IMG/VR virus record: IMGVR_UViG_3300020192_000049 | Coordinates: 1 to 32,505 of that record | Reading direction: 5' to 3' (one strand) | From: a virus | Lineage: Duplodnaviria; Caudoviricetes | DNA length: 32,505 nt | Part shown: piece by piece, positions 16,654 through 24,805 of the stretch | How positions within the stretch are numbered: the first letter of the stretch is position 1 | Layout: every line of letters begins with the position of its first letter | The notes under the pieces: generated by a model | The model's database searches: none | The model's input: the letters and a program-made list of their open reading frames with translations, nothing else | Told to the model about the DNA's origin: nothing | Program-made: the position numbers and the translations under genes

Positions 16654-18936
16654 TCATCCTCCCTGCAGCAACCCGCGCACGAAGCTGGGGTTGCGCGCTA
16701 TAACGTTCAGGATCGCTTGCTCGCCTTCGTTGGACTGCAGCGCTTGGGGTATCTCTGACGGGTCGCGAACGTTCACGATCTGCGGCCGGACGGTGATGTT
16801 CGGCGAACTCATCATGTCGCGCGGGACAAAGGTGCCGGGCGAATCTGGAATGAACATCTCCGGCTGCGCGCCAGTGCCGATCGCATACGCTCGGCCCGGC
16901 TGCCCTCTGCCGCCGCTGTCGCGTGTGCCGCCGAATATTGAGCTGAACAGCCCGCTGAGGAAACCCCCACCGCCAGAGCCGAGTCCATCAGCGCCAAAAA
17001 GCTTCTCACCGATCTTCGCCGCCAATGCCTGCGCTTGCATCTGCAGCAGCAGGCGCGCGAAGTCGCGAGCGAGTCCCTGCAGCCCGTCCCGGAATGGGTC
17101 CTGGAGAAAGTTCGCAATAAGGCCCTGAATCTGTCGCGTTGCTTCTTCGCCGAACTTGTTTATTTTTTCAGCGCTTGCCTCGAGTTCATTCGCGGCCTGC
17201 TGGGATGCCCTGATCAGGGTCTCTGCAGCCGCGTCGGGATCTTCGCCAAAGGCCCCGCGGTTGTACAGGTCATAAATCTCCTTGAGCTGCTCGACGTACT
17301 TCTCCAACGGCGTGCGGGTTGCCTCGATAATCGAACGGCCGCGCTCCAGGACTACCGCGCGAGCGTCCTCAGCCTCGCGCACCGCATTCACCGCGTCGAC
17401 CTGCTGCGCGAGGGATTCGAGGATTGACTGCTGCTGGCTCGTGATCCCGAGAAGGGCCCCGTTATTTATTTCAACGCGAAGCTTCTCGACTTCGGTCAGT
17501 TCGTTGGTCTTGTTTATAAGCGAATCATATGCTTCCTCTCGCTTTGCGAAGTCGTCAGTGATCCGCTGCTGCTCTGCTGCCGTCGCCTTTGCCGCCTCCG
17601 CTGAGGCTGCCTGCGCGTCGATCTGACGAGCCAAGGATAGGATGCGCGCCGCTTCTTTCTCGCTCAGGTCAGCAAGCGATCCAGACGCGATCTCGTATGC
17701 CAATCTCGCCGCCTCGCCTGCCTTGCCAAAAAGCGCGATCTGTTTCTCCAGCTGCTCTTCCAGCTTGAGGAATTCTTGCGACGGTGGCGCAACAGTCGCA
17801 GTCGTGATCACTGCCGTCCCAGTCGTCGTGCCGCCCGCCGATTCTCTCGCGGCCTTCGCGGCGTCATAGTCTTTTATGAGAAGGAGTAATTGAGCGCGTT
17901 CCTTCTCCAGCGCCGCGGAGACGCTACCAGTAAAATCAAGCGCAAACGGGCTCTTCAGCTTCTCTATTGAAGCGCTCCGTTTTTTCACACGAGCATTCAG
18001 CGCGTCGATATCGTCGTTTGCCGTCAAATCTCTGAATCTTATGAAGAACTTTCCTAGAGCCTCGCCTTGGCGCACTAGGAACACGATGGACTTGGCGGCG
18101 GCTCCGAATAACTTGATGATGGCGTTGGCGAAAGTAGCTGCGGCTGCGACCGTTTCTGGCGAACGAAGGAACGCTACAAGCTCCTGGATTGCGGCCTTGT
18201 TGTCGCCGATTCCACCGTTGCCCTCGAACAGATCGCCGAAAGCCTTCTTGAGCTGTTCAATGGCTCCTGCAAACGTGTCGGCTGCCGCTGGTGCAGAACC
18301 GCCATAGATTTTATTCAGCTCTCCGAGGATGACGCTCTGCGCTTCGGCCGTCTGGCCGGTGGCTACGAAACCCTTGATGAGATCCTGCTGAGTCTTCGTA
18401 AACTCAATGCCCGAACGGCGCAGCCGCGTAATGCCCAGCAATGGGTTGTTGAGAGACTGGCCGACGACCTGCGCAGCAGATTTAAGGTCAGTGCCCATTG
18501 CGGTAGCGAGATCGAGAGCCGCTTTAGTCGCGGCTGTGAAATTCTCGCCTGTGATCCGCGTGAAGGCCGCGAGGCGGGCTTGCAGGTCCAGGATCTCTTC
18601 ATCGCCGAACGTTGTGGCACCTTGAAGCTCGCCGGCGATCTTGGACAGTTCGGAGACAGTAAACCCTGCCGCGTTGCCCGTAGATTTCAGGCGCGCCTCG
18701 AGCTGCGCCAGCGCGCGCTCCTGTTCGATTGTGGCGGCGACGACTTTGCGAACGAGCAGCGCGCCGCCGATGGCCCCGAGGACGGTGGTGATGCTGCGCT
18801 GCAGAGTCTGCATTGATCGGTTTATCGATCGCGTGCGAGTGTCGGCAATGCGCGCGGCCTGATCCATGCCGGTCCTAAACCCGCCAATCTTTGCGATCAG
18901 GTCAAGCGTCAGCGTACCAAGGGATCTACTTGCCAT
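16654..18936 (-). CDS. Tape measure protein (760 aa)
   Basis: MASRSLGTLTLDLIAKIGGF start, Ala-rich helical body, and a C-terminal RDSGG...PEMFIP motif. Confidence 0.92.
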   Translation of the reverse strand: MASRSLGTLTLDLIAKIGGFRTGMDQAARIADTRTRSINRSMQTLQRSITTVLGAIGGALLVRKVVAATIEQERALAQLEARLKSTGNAAGFTVSELSKIAGELQGATTFGDEEILDLQARLAAFTRITGENFTAATKAALDLATAMGTDLKSAAQVVGQSLNNPLLGITRLRRSGIEFTKTQQDLIKGFVATGQTAEAQSVILGELNKIYGGSAPAAADTFAGAIEQLKKAFGDLFEGNGGIGDNKAAIQELVAFLRSPETVAAAATFANAIIKLFGAAAKSIVFLVRQGEALGKFFIRFRDLTANDDIDALNARVKKRSASIEKLKSPFALDFTGSVSAALEKERAQLLLLIKDYDAAKAARESAGGTTTGTAVITTATVAPPSQEFLKLEEQLEKQIALFGKAGEAARLAYEIASGSLADLSEKEAARILSLARQIDAQAASAEAAKATAAEQQRITDDFAKREEAYDSLINKTNELTEVEKLRVEINNGALLGITSQQQSILESLAQQVDAVNAVREAEDARAVVLERGRSIIEATRTPLEKYVEQLKEIYDLYNRGAFGEDPDAAAETLIRASQQAANELEASAEKINKFGEEATRQIQGLIANFLQDPFRDGLQGLARDFARLLLQMQAQALAAKIGEKLFGADGLGSGGGGFLSGLFSSIFGGTRDSGGRGQPGRAYAIGTGAQPEMFIPDSPGTFVPRDMMSSPNITVRPQIVNVRDPSEIPQALQSNEGEQAILNVIARNPSFVRGLLQGG

Positions 18937-19252
18937 CAGCCTTCACCTTTACGGCCTTCGTCTTCGCGGCTGCCACCTTAAACAATGCCGCCATGTCGTC
19001 CAGCGTCGCCACTCTTTCGTCTTCCTTCGGAAACGGCATCAGCTGCCGCACAGTGGCATCCTTTAGAAAAGGCTGCACCGCTCGAGCGATTGCCCAGTCG
19101 AAGCGCAGACCGAGATTGAGCGGACCGTTCTGTGATATGTACATCTGCCACCCAATCACCTCGTCCTGTGTTAGCCGTTGCTTAAGCTCGCCAACTGTGG
19201 TGCCACCGAGCGCGAGCGCGAGATCGAAATAAAAGCGATCAGTGGCTGTTAG
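18926..19252 (-). CDS. Tail assembly chaperone, T segment (expressed as the GT fusion by -1 frameshift)
   Basis: The -1 frame is open from the slippery site: LTATDRFYFDLALALGGTTVGELKQRLTQDEVIGW... Confidence 0.85.
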   Translation of the reverse strand, partial: LTATDRFYFDLALALGGTTVGELKQRLTQDEVIGWQMYISQNGPLNLGLRFDWAIARAVQPFLKDATVRQLMPFPKEDERVATLDDMAALFKVAAAKTKAVKVKADGK

Positions 19253-19584
19253 TTTTTTATTTTCGCGTCGCTCACCTCCGAAATAGCATCGAGCATGGCG
19301 GTAGCAATGGCGGGGTGTAGCTGCTTCGACATAGCGAGCGGGATCAACTGCTCGCCTTTCTCGCCCAACCGTATAGCCGCGCAGATCATCTTCACGGAGT
19401 ACCCAACATCCGGGTCATCGCTCTTCTTGAACACCGACTCTTGCGCACCGATGCTCAGGCGACGCACAAACACTGTGGCCTCCTGCTCATCGCCTTCTGC
19501 ACCGAGTTTGAACCGCAATGTACGCTGCACAAGCTCATCGGGCACAAACGCGCCCATTGCTTGCAGTTCTTCAATCGTGCTCAT
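19249..19584 (-). CDS. Tail assembly chaperone G
   Basis: Lies between the major tail and tape measure genes; ATVFVRRLS motif; ends in a slippery site. Confidence 0.85.
   Translation of the reverse strand: MSTIEELQAMGAFVPDELVQRTLRFKLGAEGDEQEATVFVRRLSIGAQESVFKKSDDPDVGYSVKMICAAIRLGEKGEQLIPLAMSKQLHPAIATAMLDAISEVSDAKIKN
19252..19258 (-). promoter_or_regulatory. -1 programmed frameshift heptamer A AAA AAC
   Basis: ATA AAA AAC TAA at the end of the G ORF fits X XXY YYZ. Confidence 0.85.
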
Positions 19585-19596
19585 TCGTCGTCCCTC

Positions 19597-20076
19597 TTAG
19601 GTTGTCGCAGGAATCAGCAACGGTTCGCCGGAGACCTGAATCCCGATTGCGGACTGCACCGATGTGTTCTGCTGGAAGCTGAACGGGAAGGAGTTCATGA
19701 AGCCCTCAAACGTCAACCACGAGCGACCAGTCGGTAGCGTGAACTGGGGAATTCCCGACGTTGGCGTCGTCACAGAAGGATCAACCCCCGTTCCATCGCT
19801 CCAACCCACAGCCCACACAAGCGAAGTGCCGAGGACTTTCAACACGTGCAAGCGCACGTGCGAAGTGTCGGACGGGTCAGTGTAGATCCCGAATGACGCC
19901 GTGCCTGGCGTCCCAAGCCCCGACTCGTAACGGCGAACGAGATCCTGAAGACACGTTACCTCGTTCTGTTCAATTGTCACATCGATTCCGTCGATTGACG
20001 TAATGCAGCCGACGACCAGCAGCGTCGCCGGAGATCCCGGGTTAATCACATACAGTTCTGTGCCCTGCGTTTTCAT
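19597..20076 (-). CDS. Major tail (tube) protein
   Basis: MKTQGTELY, E.TCL...GL.TPG, W.VGWSDGT and RSW..FEG....FPF.F motifs. Confidence 0.9.
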   Translation of the reverse strand: MKTQGTELYVINPGSPATLLVVGCITSIDGIDVTIEQNEVTCLQDLVRRYESGLGTPGTASFGIYTDPSDTSHVRLHVLKVLGTSLVWAVGWSDGTGVDPSVTTPTSGIPQFTLPTGRSWLTFEGFMNSFPFSFQQNTSVQSAIGIQVSGEPLLIPATT

Positions 20077-20094
20077 CTCAACATCTCCTGTTCA

Positions 20095-20460
20095 TTAAAT
20101 TCTACCAACCATCAAGTCCATCGAAAAAGAGTAACGAAAAAGCCGCGTGTCGGTCTCTCTTGTTTCTCCATTGTACGAAACAACATATCCGCTGAACTCC
20201 AGCGAGTCCCGCAACGCCGCCCCTACCGCCCTTGCCTGCGCGCCGCTGTCCGCGTAAGCGTCGATCTGCACAGTGTACGTGTCCTCGTCGGGTGCGCCCG
20301 CGAGTTTGTTCTCCGGCACACCCGACACCAACTGCCACACACCGTACGGAGTGCGCACGTTTTGCGGGGCTTCGCCGAAGGGGAAAAACCGAACAGGCCT
20401 CTCTCCCAACAGCACTCTCACGGCAGCGCTTTGCGATGCAATTTCAAACAATGGAACCAC
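20095..20460 (-). CDS. Tail terminator (DUF3168-like)
   Basis: RFFPFGEAPQ...PY.VWQ.V.G.PEN.L and VQID.YA motifs. Probable GTG start at 20460 with SD GGAGG. Confidence 0.85.
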   Translation of the reverse strand: MVPLFEIASQSAAVRVLLGERPVRFFPFGEAPQNVRTPYGVWQLVSGVPENKLAGAPDEDTYTVQIDAYADSGAQARAVGAALRDSLEFSGYVVSYNGETRETDTRLFRYSFSMDLMVGRI

Positions 20461-20974
20461 CGCCCCTCCCATCAGCGAGTAAGCCAATCGCGCGATTCAA
20501 CTCTAACGACACTGAATTCGTTGCACGATCGACGTTGGTCGAAAGCGCGGGTAGCAGAAACGGTCGCGCGCCAACCTTCGAGGTCCCGAACTCAAGCATT
20601 CGCCAATACCACGTGTCGCCGCCAGGATTCGTCGAGCTTCCGAGCACCGAGTACGACTGACCTGCACGACCTCCGCGCCTGTTGGCGCTTGATTTTGCGT
20701 ACTGCATCGAGCCACCCAGGACACCGACCTTAAATGCCAGTCCGCCGTTGATGCGACCTAGACGCTTGTCGGTTCTGATTCCAATGTTGCGCCATATCTT
20801 CTCCGCCGTGCTCTCGTCATCGATGCGCTTCGCATTCTGAACTGCTGCGTTCTTCACAATCACAGCGCCCTTGCGCAGCGATCGGCCGAGGCCCTTTTTC
20901 TGAAGCTCCGGGCCGAACTGTTTTAATCGACGGATCGCCAAATCGGTACCTTGGAGCCTAAATGGCTGGGTCAC
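20444..20974 (-). CDS. HK97 gp10-family tail-completion protein
   Basis: PGGDTWYWRMLEFGTSKVGARPFLLPAL motif. Confidence 0.9.
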   Translation of the reverse strand: MTQPFRLQGTDLAIRRLKQFGPELQKKGLGRSLRKGAVIVKNAAVQNAKRIDDESTAEKIWRNIGIRTDKRLGRINGGLAFKVGVLGGSMQYAKSSANRRGGRAGQSYSVLGSSTNPGGDTWYWRMLEFGTSKVGARPFLLPALSTNVDRATNSVSLELNRAIGLLADGRGGGSIV

Positions 20975-21488
20975 TTGGAAGTTCCTCCGATATGTCGCCC
21001 ATCGGAAAGCAAGTCAGGACGCTCCCCTGAGTGCAGTTGATGACTGGGCATTGCTCCTGCGGCCATCTTGAAAATTGATCTGCAAACATCTTGCGCCTTT
21101 GCACGGAGGTATCTTTCAACGGTAACTTGTGCGGCCCAAAAAAATGAGTTCCTTGCGCGTCGAATCCCAACAGCAGGATTCGAGAAGCCCCCAGCATCCT
21201 TGCGACCCTCATGCCCAACAGCCCGCTGTTGGTCCCCTGCACGAACTCCGGGCAATGCGGAACCAGAGTCACCCCCGGCACATCCACAGCAGAGAACTTG
21301 CGCGACGGAACCAGCAGCGCATCCGGTCTCTGACGCCACCATGCCGCGTCTGCGCTGACCAGCGCGTCCGCCCACGGCGCAAGGAGGTAGGCGTCTGACA
21401 CGGAAACAACGCAGCAGCGCCCGCGCACGAAATCCGCCAAGCCCTGCGACATGCTCGGTCCGGTAGCAAGAACAGTCCACGTGCTCAT
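20958..21488 (-). CDS. Maf/DUF115/MptE-like (sialyltransferase-fold) protein inserted in the neck module
   Basis: ATGPS, V.V.DAY, D.L...D..WW, NSG...A..LGA.RI.LLGFD, HFFG.H and VINCT..S.L..FP motifs. Confidence 0.65.
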   Translation of the reverse strand: MSTWTVLATGPSMSQGLADFVRGRCCVVSVSDAYLLAPWADALVSADAAWWRQRPDALLVPSRKFSAVDVPGVTLVPHCPEFVQGTNSGLLGMRVARMLGASRILLLGFDAQGTHFFGPHKLPLKDTSVQRRKMFADQFSRWPQEQCPVINCTQGSVLTCFPMGDISEELPSDPAI

Positions 21489-21823
21489 CCTTCATTCAAT
21501 CCCTCTGAGCATGGCGCCGTCAGGTACTGAATGCCGCTGTCGGCATCCGCTAGCCAGCCCTGCGGATTATATATCCTGCCGTTGTGCAAGATTCGCATGG
21601 ACGCATCGAGTCCCGCCCGGTAACGAATCACGATGCGAGTCGTTATGCCGCTCTGCACAGACTGCGAAGCGATGAACTCGCGCACGCTCAACGGCACTAT
21701 CTGCGCGGGCACATTGGCCGCGACCTGGAGCCATGATGTCGTCACGGTGCCGTCCGCATTCTGTCTGGCGATCGGTCGCTCGATCGTTATGCGGTGCCGA
21801 AGTGATCGCGAGTCAAAAGCCAC
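21485..21823 (-). CDS. Head closure protein (SPP1 gp16-like)
   Basis: LRHRITIE, PLS.REFIA and RI.IRYR motifs. Confidence 0.9.
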   Translation of the reverse strand: MAFDSRSLRHRITIERPIARQNADGTVTTSWLQVAANVPAQIVPLSVREFIASQSVQSGITTRIVIRYRAGLDASMRILHNGRIYNPQGWLADADSGIQYLTAPCSEGLNEG

Positions 21824-21826
21824 GCA

Positions 21827-22168
21827 TTACCCCAGCGCCGGGTCGCGTAGCGGATACAGCAACGCCATAACGGGCCGCGGCAAATAGCCGTGTTCCATGA
21901 GGCCGCGCTTCGGGTCATCGCTGAAAAATTCCCTGACCATAAGCATAGTCGCCGCGCGAACCTCAAAAGGCACGTCCGGTTCACCATTCGCATCTGTTGG
22001 AATACTGCCCGAGCTGTCATCATAAAACGTCAACGGCACCTTCAGATAATTCAGGACCACTGACGACGCCATTGCGATCTTCATTTCAATCTCTTCGTCT
22101 GAATCGTCGTGATCCATGTTCAAATCCTTTCGCATGAGTTCGAGAGACACGAGCAGCTTCATGGTCAC
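21827..22168 (-). CDS. Head-tail connector (HK97 gp6-like)
   Basis: LVSLE..R..L..D.D..D, AS..VLNYLK, VP..V.AAT and LP..V.ALLYPLRDP motifs. Confidence 0.88.
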   Translation of the reverse strand: MTMKLLVSLELMRKDLNMDHDDSDEEIEMKIAMASSVVLNYLKVPLTFYDDSSGSIPTDANGEPDVPFEVRAATMLMVREFFSDDPKRGLMEHGYLPRPVMALLYPLRDPALG

Positions 22169-23016
22169 TTGCCCCCCTTACCAACGACCAACCCGCGCTC
22201 AAAGTCCTTCCCGTCGCGACCGCGTTTTACGACCAGGCGCCAGTCCTCGTTCCCTTCGCCCGGCCGAGCGTCGGTGGCCTTAAGAGCGTGCCACGTGCTG
22301 CCCGCATAGGTGACTTGATCGTGGTGCTCGTAATTTGTCCCCGGCTTGAACACTTCGCGGTATATCGGCAAGGGCAGCTTCATTGTGAATCTGCGCTCAG
22401 CGCCGTCCCGCTCAAATACGATGTCGAGCGCGCGCTCATTGTCATACTCGACCTTGACATCATCGAAACCCAGCCCGTCAATACCGTCCTTCGCTTTCGG
22501 AAGGGCGGCCATAAATTTGTCGTACTTGTCGGATGCGCGACGCTCGAACTCCAGCTGCCATTTTGCCGCGACCCTCTCGACAGCTCTGCCAACGTCCTCG
22601 TCGCTCGGCGTCGCGCCATTTTCGGGTAGCTTAATTTCATCGATCCAGCTATCCATCTTCTTAACCAAATCACGCTCGATTGAGCGCAAGACCGGCTCAG
22701 CCGCCGCGCTCACCTGCTCGTCCGTTGCGTCCTTCCCGTCTGCGGGCTTCATCGAAGCGAACAGCGCGACAGCCTTATCGAACTGAGCGGCCACCAGCGC
22801 GCCCTGATCGTTTCTGTCCTGAAGGAGATCGCCCTTTGATGCCTTTTCGTTTAGGGCTGATACCAGCCCCGCCATCTGCGCGTCCTTTTCTTCATTCAAC
22901 GCAGCGAACGCAGCAGCGTCAGCCGCTCGAGCTTCGGCGAACTCTTTGCGCAATTCATTCGTGTGCTCAATGACCACCGAGGCAATACCGATCATGAGAG
23001 CCTTAATATCGTGCAT
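22165..23016 (-). CDS. Portal-linked head protein with DG(K/R)D motifs and a CBM5/12-like C-terminus (283 aa)
   Basis: Start MHDIKAL at 23016. KDGIDGLGFDD, PIYR.VFK.G..Y...D.VTY.GS.W and W.L.VKRGRDGKD motifs. Confidence 0.7.
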   Translation of the reverse strand: MHDIKALMIGIASVVIEHTNELRKEFAEARAADAAAFAALNEEKDAQMAGLVSALNEKASKGDLLQDRNDQGALVAAQFDKAVALFASMKPADGKDATDEQVSAAAEPVLRSIERDLVKKMDSWIDEIKLPENGATPSDEDVGRAVERVAAKWQLEFERRASDKYDKFMAALPKAKDGIDGLGFDDVKVEYDNERALDIVFERDGAERRFTMKLPLPIYREVFKPGTNYEHHDQVTYAGSTWHALKATDARPGEGNEDWRLVVKRGRDGKDFERGLVVGKGGK

Positions 23017-24490
23017 GATTTGAGCCTCTAATCTCTGTCCTAAGAAACGACAAGGCCTGCTCCATCGTCCCTTCGTCTGGCGTCTGAGGCTGAGGCGGTT
23101 CAACGGGCTTGAGCGGGTTCACGATCGCAGAAACTTGAGCATCGGTAAGGAACGGGAAAGCGACGCGCATGGCGGCGGCTATGGATTCAATCGGCAATGC
23201 TGCCGTTGCCCCCGCGGTCATCAAAGACTGCAGGGCGGCGACCTGATTGCTGAGGTCTTGCTGTGAGCTTTTCCGGTCACGATCGTTTAGAGCTGCCAGC
23301 GAATAGTTCTGCTGTTGCATGTACGGAGTATCGCCCCCGGCAACGGGCTTCAGATCTTCCTCCCTGCGAGCCTCATTGGGGGACTTCCAGCCGCCATTGA
23401 TCGCTTCGTTGTGAGACTTGTACCGCGCTTCCGGGTCCATCCTGAGCAGTCCGCTCAAATCAAGCCACGTCTCGAATGGCGGCTCGATCTCAAGCCCTTC
23501 GTCCAATCGCAGCTCGAGCTTTTCGATGATGTACTGCAGGCACTGATCGTAATACTGTTGGTTGAGAGCGGCGGTGTTGCTGACGGTCGGCATCGCGCCG
23601 ACGCCGATCTTGTAGCCGGGGACATGGAAGCACGCGGCGATCATCTCCCCGGTCATTTTGAGCTGTTCGATCAACTGCGAATCCGTCGCCGTGATTGTCA
23701 TCCCCTCATACTTCAACCCGTCGCCCAGCACGCCAACTCGCCCAATGTTGTTGCCCGAATAGTTCTCTTCCCAAAGTGTCTTCAGACGAGTCGCAGTCAC
23801 GTCAGAGATCGCGCCTGGGGCGGTAAGAACTCCGCTTGGGCGGCTCATGTTCTGAAAGAACTTCGCGCTGTTGTCTTGAATCGCGAGCCCCTGAACTGCA
23901 GCAATACCGCAAGCGTATATAGGAGAGACGCCGACGAGCGGATGGTGCAGCGTGTACATGCGATCGTGGATAATTTCAGAGGCCGGAACAACAATCCCTT
24001 CCTGCATGTTGGCGAGGTTGTCGGCGTGAAGTTGATAGTAAACAGACCCATCCGTCGATACCAAAGGCATCACACGATTGGGGTCAAGTATGTACAGCGC
24101 GTCCACAAAACCGCGCGAGTCCCGACGCTTCAACACATAGGTGTTGCCGTAGAGCATCTGGCAGATGATCCATGAGAATAGAAACTCAACGCGCGTCTGG
24201 TAATGGTTCGGTTTATTCAGAACTGGGCGCATCTCCGTCACACTGAAGATCCCTGCAGCTCGGTCGCGCTGCATGACGCGCGGGCGCATTTTGGAAATGT
24301 CCTTGGCTATGAGCGTGATGCAGGCAAACACCGCCCAGTAAGATCCGGCCGAGAATCGATCGACGACCGTGTTCTGCTGCCACGCTCCGGGAAAAGATTC
24401 AATAGACCGCGGCCACCAGCCAGTAGACCCGACCGGAGCAAGGAATGATTTGGGAATCAATCGACGCGCGAAGCGGGCAACGGCATTCAC
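23003..24490 (-). CDS. Portal protein, HK97 family
   Basis: VFACI..IA.DISK, LN.PN.YQT, YGN.Y, GVSPI, FF.N...PSGVL, IA.CF.VP and SPNEAR..E.L.P..GGD motifs. Confidence 0.95.
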   Translation of the reverse strand: MNAVARFARRLIPKSFLAPVGSTGWWPRSIESFPGAWQQNTVVDRFSAGSYWAVFACITLIAKDISKMRPRVMQRDRAAGIFSVTEMRPVLNKPNHYQTRVEFLFSWIICQMLYGNTYVLKRRDSRGFVDALYILDPNRVMPLVSTDGSVYYQLHADNLANMQEGIVVPASEIIHDRMYTLHHPLVGVSPIYACGIAAVQGLAIQDNSAKFFQNMSRPSGVLTAPGAISDVTATRLKTLWEENYSGNNIGRVGVLGDGLKYEGMTITATDSQLIEQLKMTGEMIAACFHVPGYKIGVGAMPTVSNTAALNQQYYDQCLQYIIEKLELRLDEGLEIEPPFETWLDLSGLLRMDPEARYKSHNEAINGGWKSPNEARREEDLKPVAGGDTPYMQQQNYSLAALNDRDRKSSQQDLSNQVAALQSLMTAGATAALPIESIAAAMRVAFPFLTDAQVSAIVNPLKPVEPPQPQTPDEGTMEQALSFLRTEIRGSNHARY

Positions 24491-24738
24491 TCTTCACCAT
24501 CCTCTGCTCCGCTATTTTCGGCAGTCATGTCACGTCGCTTGTACTTCCTTCGCGCGGCCTTCTCTGAACCTCCTTCAAACAGGTCTGGTCTCTTCGCCTG
24601 ATCTAGCTGCTGCAGCCTCGCCAATCCGATCGCCACGAGCACCGATGCATCGCTTACCGATGCCTCAAATTCTTCTCCCGCCTTTATCCGATTTTTACCG
24701 TAATCAACTCGATTGATCGCAACTAGCTTCACCATCAT
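24487..24738 (-). CDS. Small head-associated protein (83 aa)
   Basis: SD GGAGGG before MMVKL; GEEFE...DA..LV..G.A pattern and a Y.RRDM.AE tail typical of genes after the capsid gene. Confidence 0.7.
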   Translation of the reverse strand: MMVKLVAINRVDYGKNRIKAGEEFEASVSDASVLVAIGLARLQQLDQAKRPDLFEGGSEKAARRKYKRRDMTAENSGAEDGEE

Positions 24739-24754
24739 CAGAATGCCCTCCGTT

Positions 24755-24784
24755 AAAACAGGGGCGGCCAAATTGCCGCCCCTG
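24755..24784 (-). terminator. Rho-independent terminator after the capsid gene
   Basis: 10 bp GC stem CAGGGGCGGC-aatttg-GCCGCCCCTG followed by TTTT on the - strand. Confidence 0.75.
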
Positions 24785-24805
24785 CCGTTACCTCAAGCTG
24801 ATCGA

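Noticed and set aside
20971-21495. Alternative-frame 174 aa ORF over the glycosyltransferase-like gene
   Set aside because: It has no recognisable motifs, whereas the 20958..21488 frame carries the conserved ones.
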